Origin: Azolla caroliniana
Taxonomy: Eukaryota; Plantae; Polypodiophyta
Assembly (NCBI GenBank): GCA_043228905.1
Contig: JBHGNT010000011.1
Span: 14,136,001-14,200,000 of the forward strand
DNA length: 64,000 bases
Reading direction: 5' to 3'
Positions within the stretch are counted from its first letter, which is position 1. Every line of letters begins with the position of its first letter. The translations under genes were made by a program, and so were the position numbers. The notes under the pieces were generated by a model. The model ran no database searches. It was not told where the DNA came from and worked only from the letters and a program-made list of their open reading frames with translations. This document shows, piece by piece, positions 62,139 to 64,000 of this stretch.

Positions 62139-62639
62139 AGGAAACAAAGATACACACCAAAATGAGAGGGAAAATTGTATATTGCATTACATGCCCCATA
62201 AGGGGTTTATATAGTACATATGATCGTTACAAAAAAGACCATTACACACATGCATATAATTGTGCATGTGTTCACACACATATTCCACCTCACTCACACT
62301 CGTATACATTACACATACACAACAACCACTTTATAGTGTTCCACCCTTACATCTCCCCTTACTACTCCTACGAGTAACACATCTCACTCTCATACACACA
62401 CTCGTTACAATGTCAATCAACCACACTATAATGATTTGCCCTAGGTGTATTTATACTACAACTTTAGGGCTATATTACAATCATTCTTGCCCAAATAAGT
62501 GCGACAAAACCTATTTACAAATGTGGCCATTTTCGGATGCTTCATCCAGATCTGGATCTAGATCCGGTCCTTCTTCTTGCTCGGATAACCGATCCGGCTC
62601 ATGTTGTCCTTCCCATCCAGAGGAACTTGTTTCCTAACA
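61778..62639 (-). mobile_element. Solo LTR related to the Copia LTR at 8042-8597
   Basis: TGTTAAGGA...TTCCTAACA termini; near-TSD TAAAT/TAATT; blocks shared with 8130-8270 (AAAAACCA.GGGAA.CCACA.ACTCC, AAGGC.ACAACCTTGAGCTC). Confidence 0.7.
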
Positions 62640-63661
62640 TAATTGTGCATCACTGTAGGATTCCAAGGGGGGTGAAGAGGAGATGTTAGGTCTCTGATGG
62701 ACAACCTTATCAACTAATTTACAACCATCTCTTCTTTTGTTTTGTAATTAGTAATCAAAATTAAATTACAACACACACGTATAATTGTAATGAAAATGGG
62801 CGGATTATTTTATGGATGCACCTTAAAAACCCATCGGGTCCAAGTTGCATCTCTTGTTGTGTAGATCCTCATAATGGACCAATACTATTGTCTAAAATAA
62901 CAATCAACGCAAATGGTGGAGATGATGAGTTGTAAGTCTAAAGTCCCTAACTCCTCTTATCGCAACCTCCTAGAAATGTCCAAATAAGGAGAACTTAATT
63001 ATTACCAATATACCTACTAGTAGTTAAATATGTCTAAGAACCCAAATCTTGAGTTTTGATGACAAAAACATATTCCACAATCCCAAGTACATAAGGAACA
63101 ATTTGAAGATGTAGAGAAGGCAATCAACCTCCCCTTGTGCAAACTTGAAACACGCGTTGAAACGGGGATTTTATCCAAACAAAGAAGCCCATAAGGCAAA
63201 TATGAATGTCCAAATAGATCTCTCACCCGATGGACAATTGATGAATCTACATAGGCTGTGTTCCTCATAAATTGTGCAAAACAAACACATTGCATGATGT
63301 GATATTCCAAAGGATTGAACCTTACATAGGTTATGTTCCTCATAAATTGTCCAAAACAAACATATTGCACGATGTGATATTCCTTAGCTGCAAAGCAACT
63401 CCTCCGGTTGGCAATCCACCCACCCTAACACACTCGTGAAATAAATAGCCAAGCATTCAAAGGAGGACTATCACCAACGAGTTTACATGCTACCAATTGG
63501 TATCGCATAATATTTATATATTTTAAACGTGTTAAAAAAATGGTTTGTGTGAAGGGTTTAATGACCCTGCCATCATTATATGGTTAAATGAGAATGTACA
63601 TAATACATTGTTTGCCTTCATGAATCTTCCTACTGCAAAGAATGTACGTGAAGCAGACAGA

Positions 63662-64000
63662 TCACGAAAGGGCGGCGGGGCTGAAGATGTTGGCAACCGC
63701 CGAGGAGCGGAGCAGAGAGAGGGCATCGGCGGAGACGAGGCAGCGCGGAGTCTTGTACTGCGTTATGGCCGCGCCGCTCTGCATGAAGCGGTCCAGCAGG
63801 CGGGAGAATGTGCCGCGCCGTACGATGCAGAGCTCTAGAGGCCCGATGGTCCCCATCTTCCGCGACGTCACATACCCGGCCTCCACCAACGACCCGTCCA
63901 TCAGCGCCGCACATTCGGCCAACACCTCCGCTTTTGTCCTCCTCTTTTTATCTCCCGCACTACTCTGCTTCCTCTCCTGCCCTTCGTATGTCCTCCTCTT
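63662..64000 (-). CDS. GH3 family acyl-acid amido synthetase (JAR1/group I-like), C-terminal part (partial)
   Basis: LAECAALMDGSLVEAGYVTSRKMGTIGPLELCIVRRGTF...QYKTPRC; frame open to the window edge. Confidence 0.85.
   Translation of the reverse strand, partial: KRRTYEGQERKQSSAGDKKRRTKAEVLAECAALMDGSLVEAGYVTSRKMGTIGPLELCIVRRGTFSRLLDRFMQSGAAITQYKTPRCLVSADALSLLRSSAVANIFSPAALS

Overview
Eukaryotic land-plant nuclear DNA, probably a fern or other non-seed plant (inferred from gene and TE content only). Positions 1-31 kb are a nest of transposons; 31-64 kb holds host genes: a VEP1/PRISE reductase (+), a CW-zinc-finger MBD protein (-), a PLS-class PPR (-), a 12-exon sulfite oxidase (-) and the 3' end of a GH3/JAR1-like gene (-), plus a full-length Copia, a hAT-type MITE and a solo LTR. 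The main discovery is an 18.3-kb DNA transposon (10984-29277) with 37-bp TIRs and a TSD best read as 4-bp ACTT. It encodes a Sola1-like DDD transposase (-), which rejoins in frame when a nested chromovirus is removed. Divergently it carries an intron-containing cargo gene (+) encoding a ParB/Srx-like domain fused to a bacterial-type beta-class N4-cytosine/N6-adenine DNA methyltransferase domain (NPYQKP...VLDLFSGTGTT). This copy is pseudogenised and no catalytic DPPY/SPPY motif is visible. Other oddities: a Gypsy-like element primed by tRNA-Trp, a chromovirus with TG...TA LTR ends and a hairpin array in its leader, and a Copia with a duplicated PPT and an in-frame ~165-codon extension after RNase H. 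All domain calls come from motif recognition by eye, not database searches.
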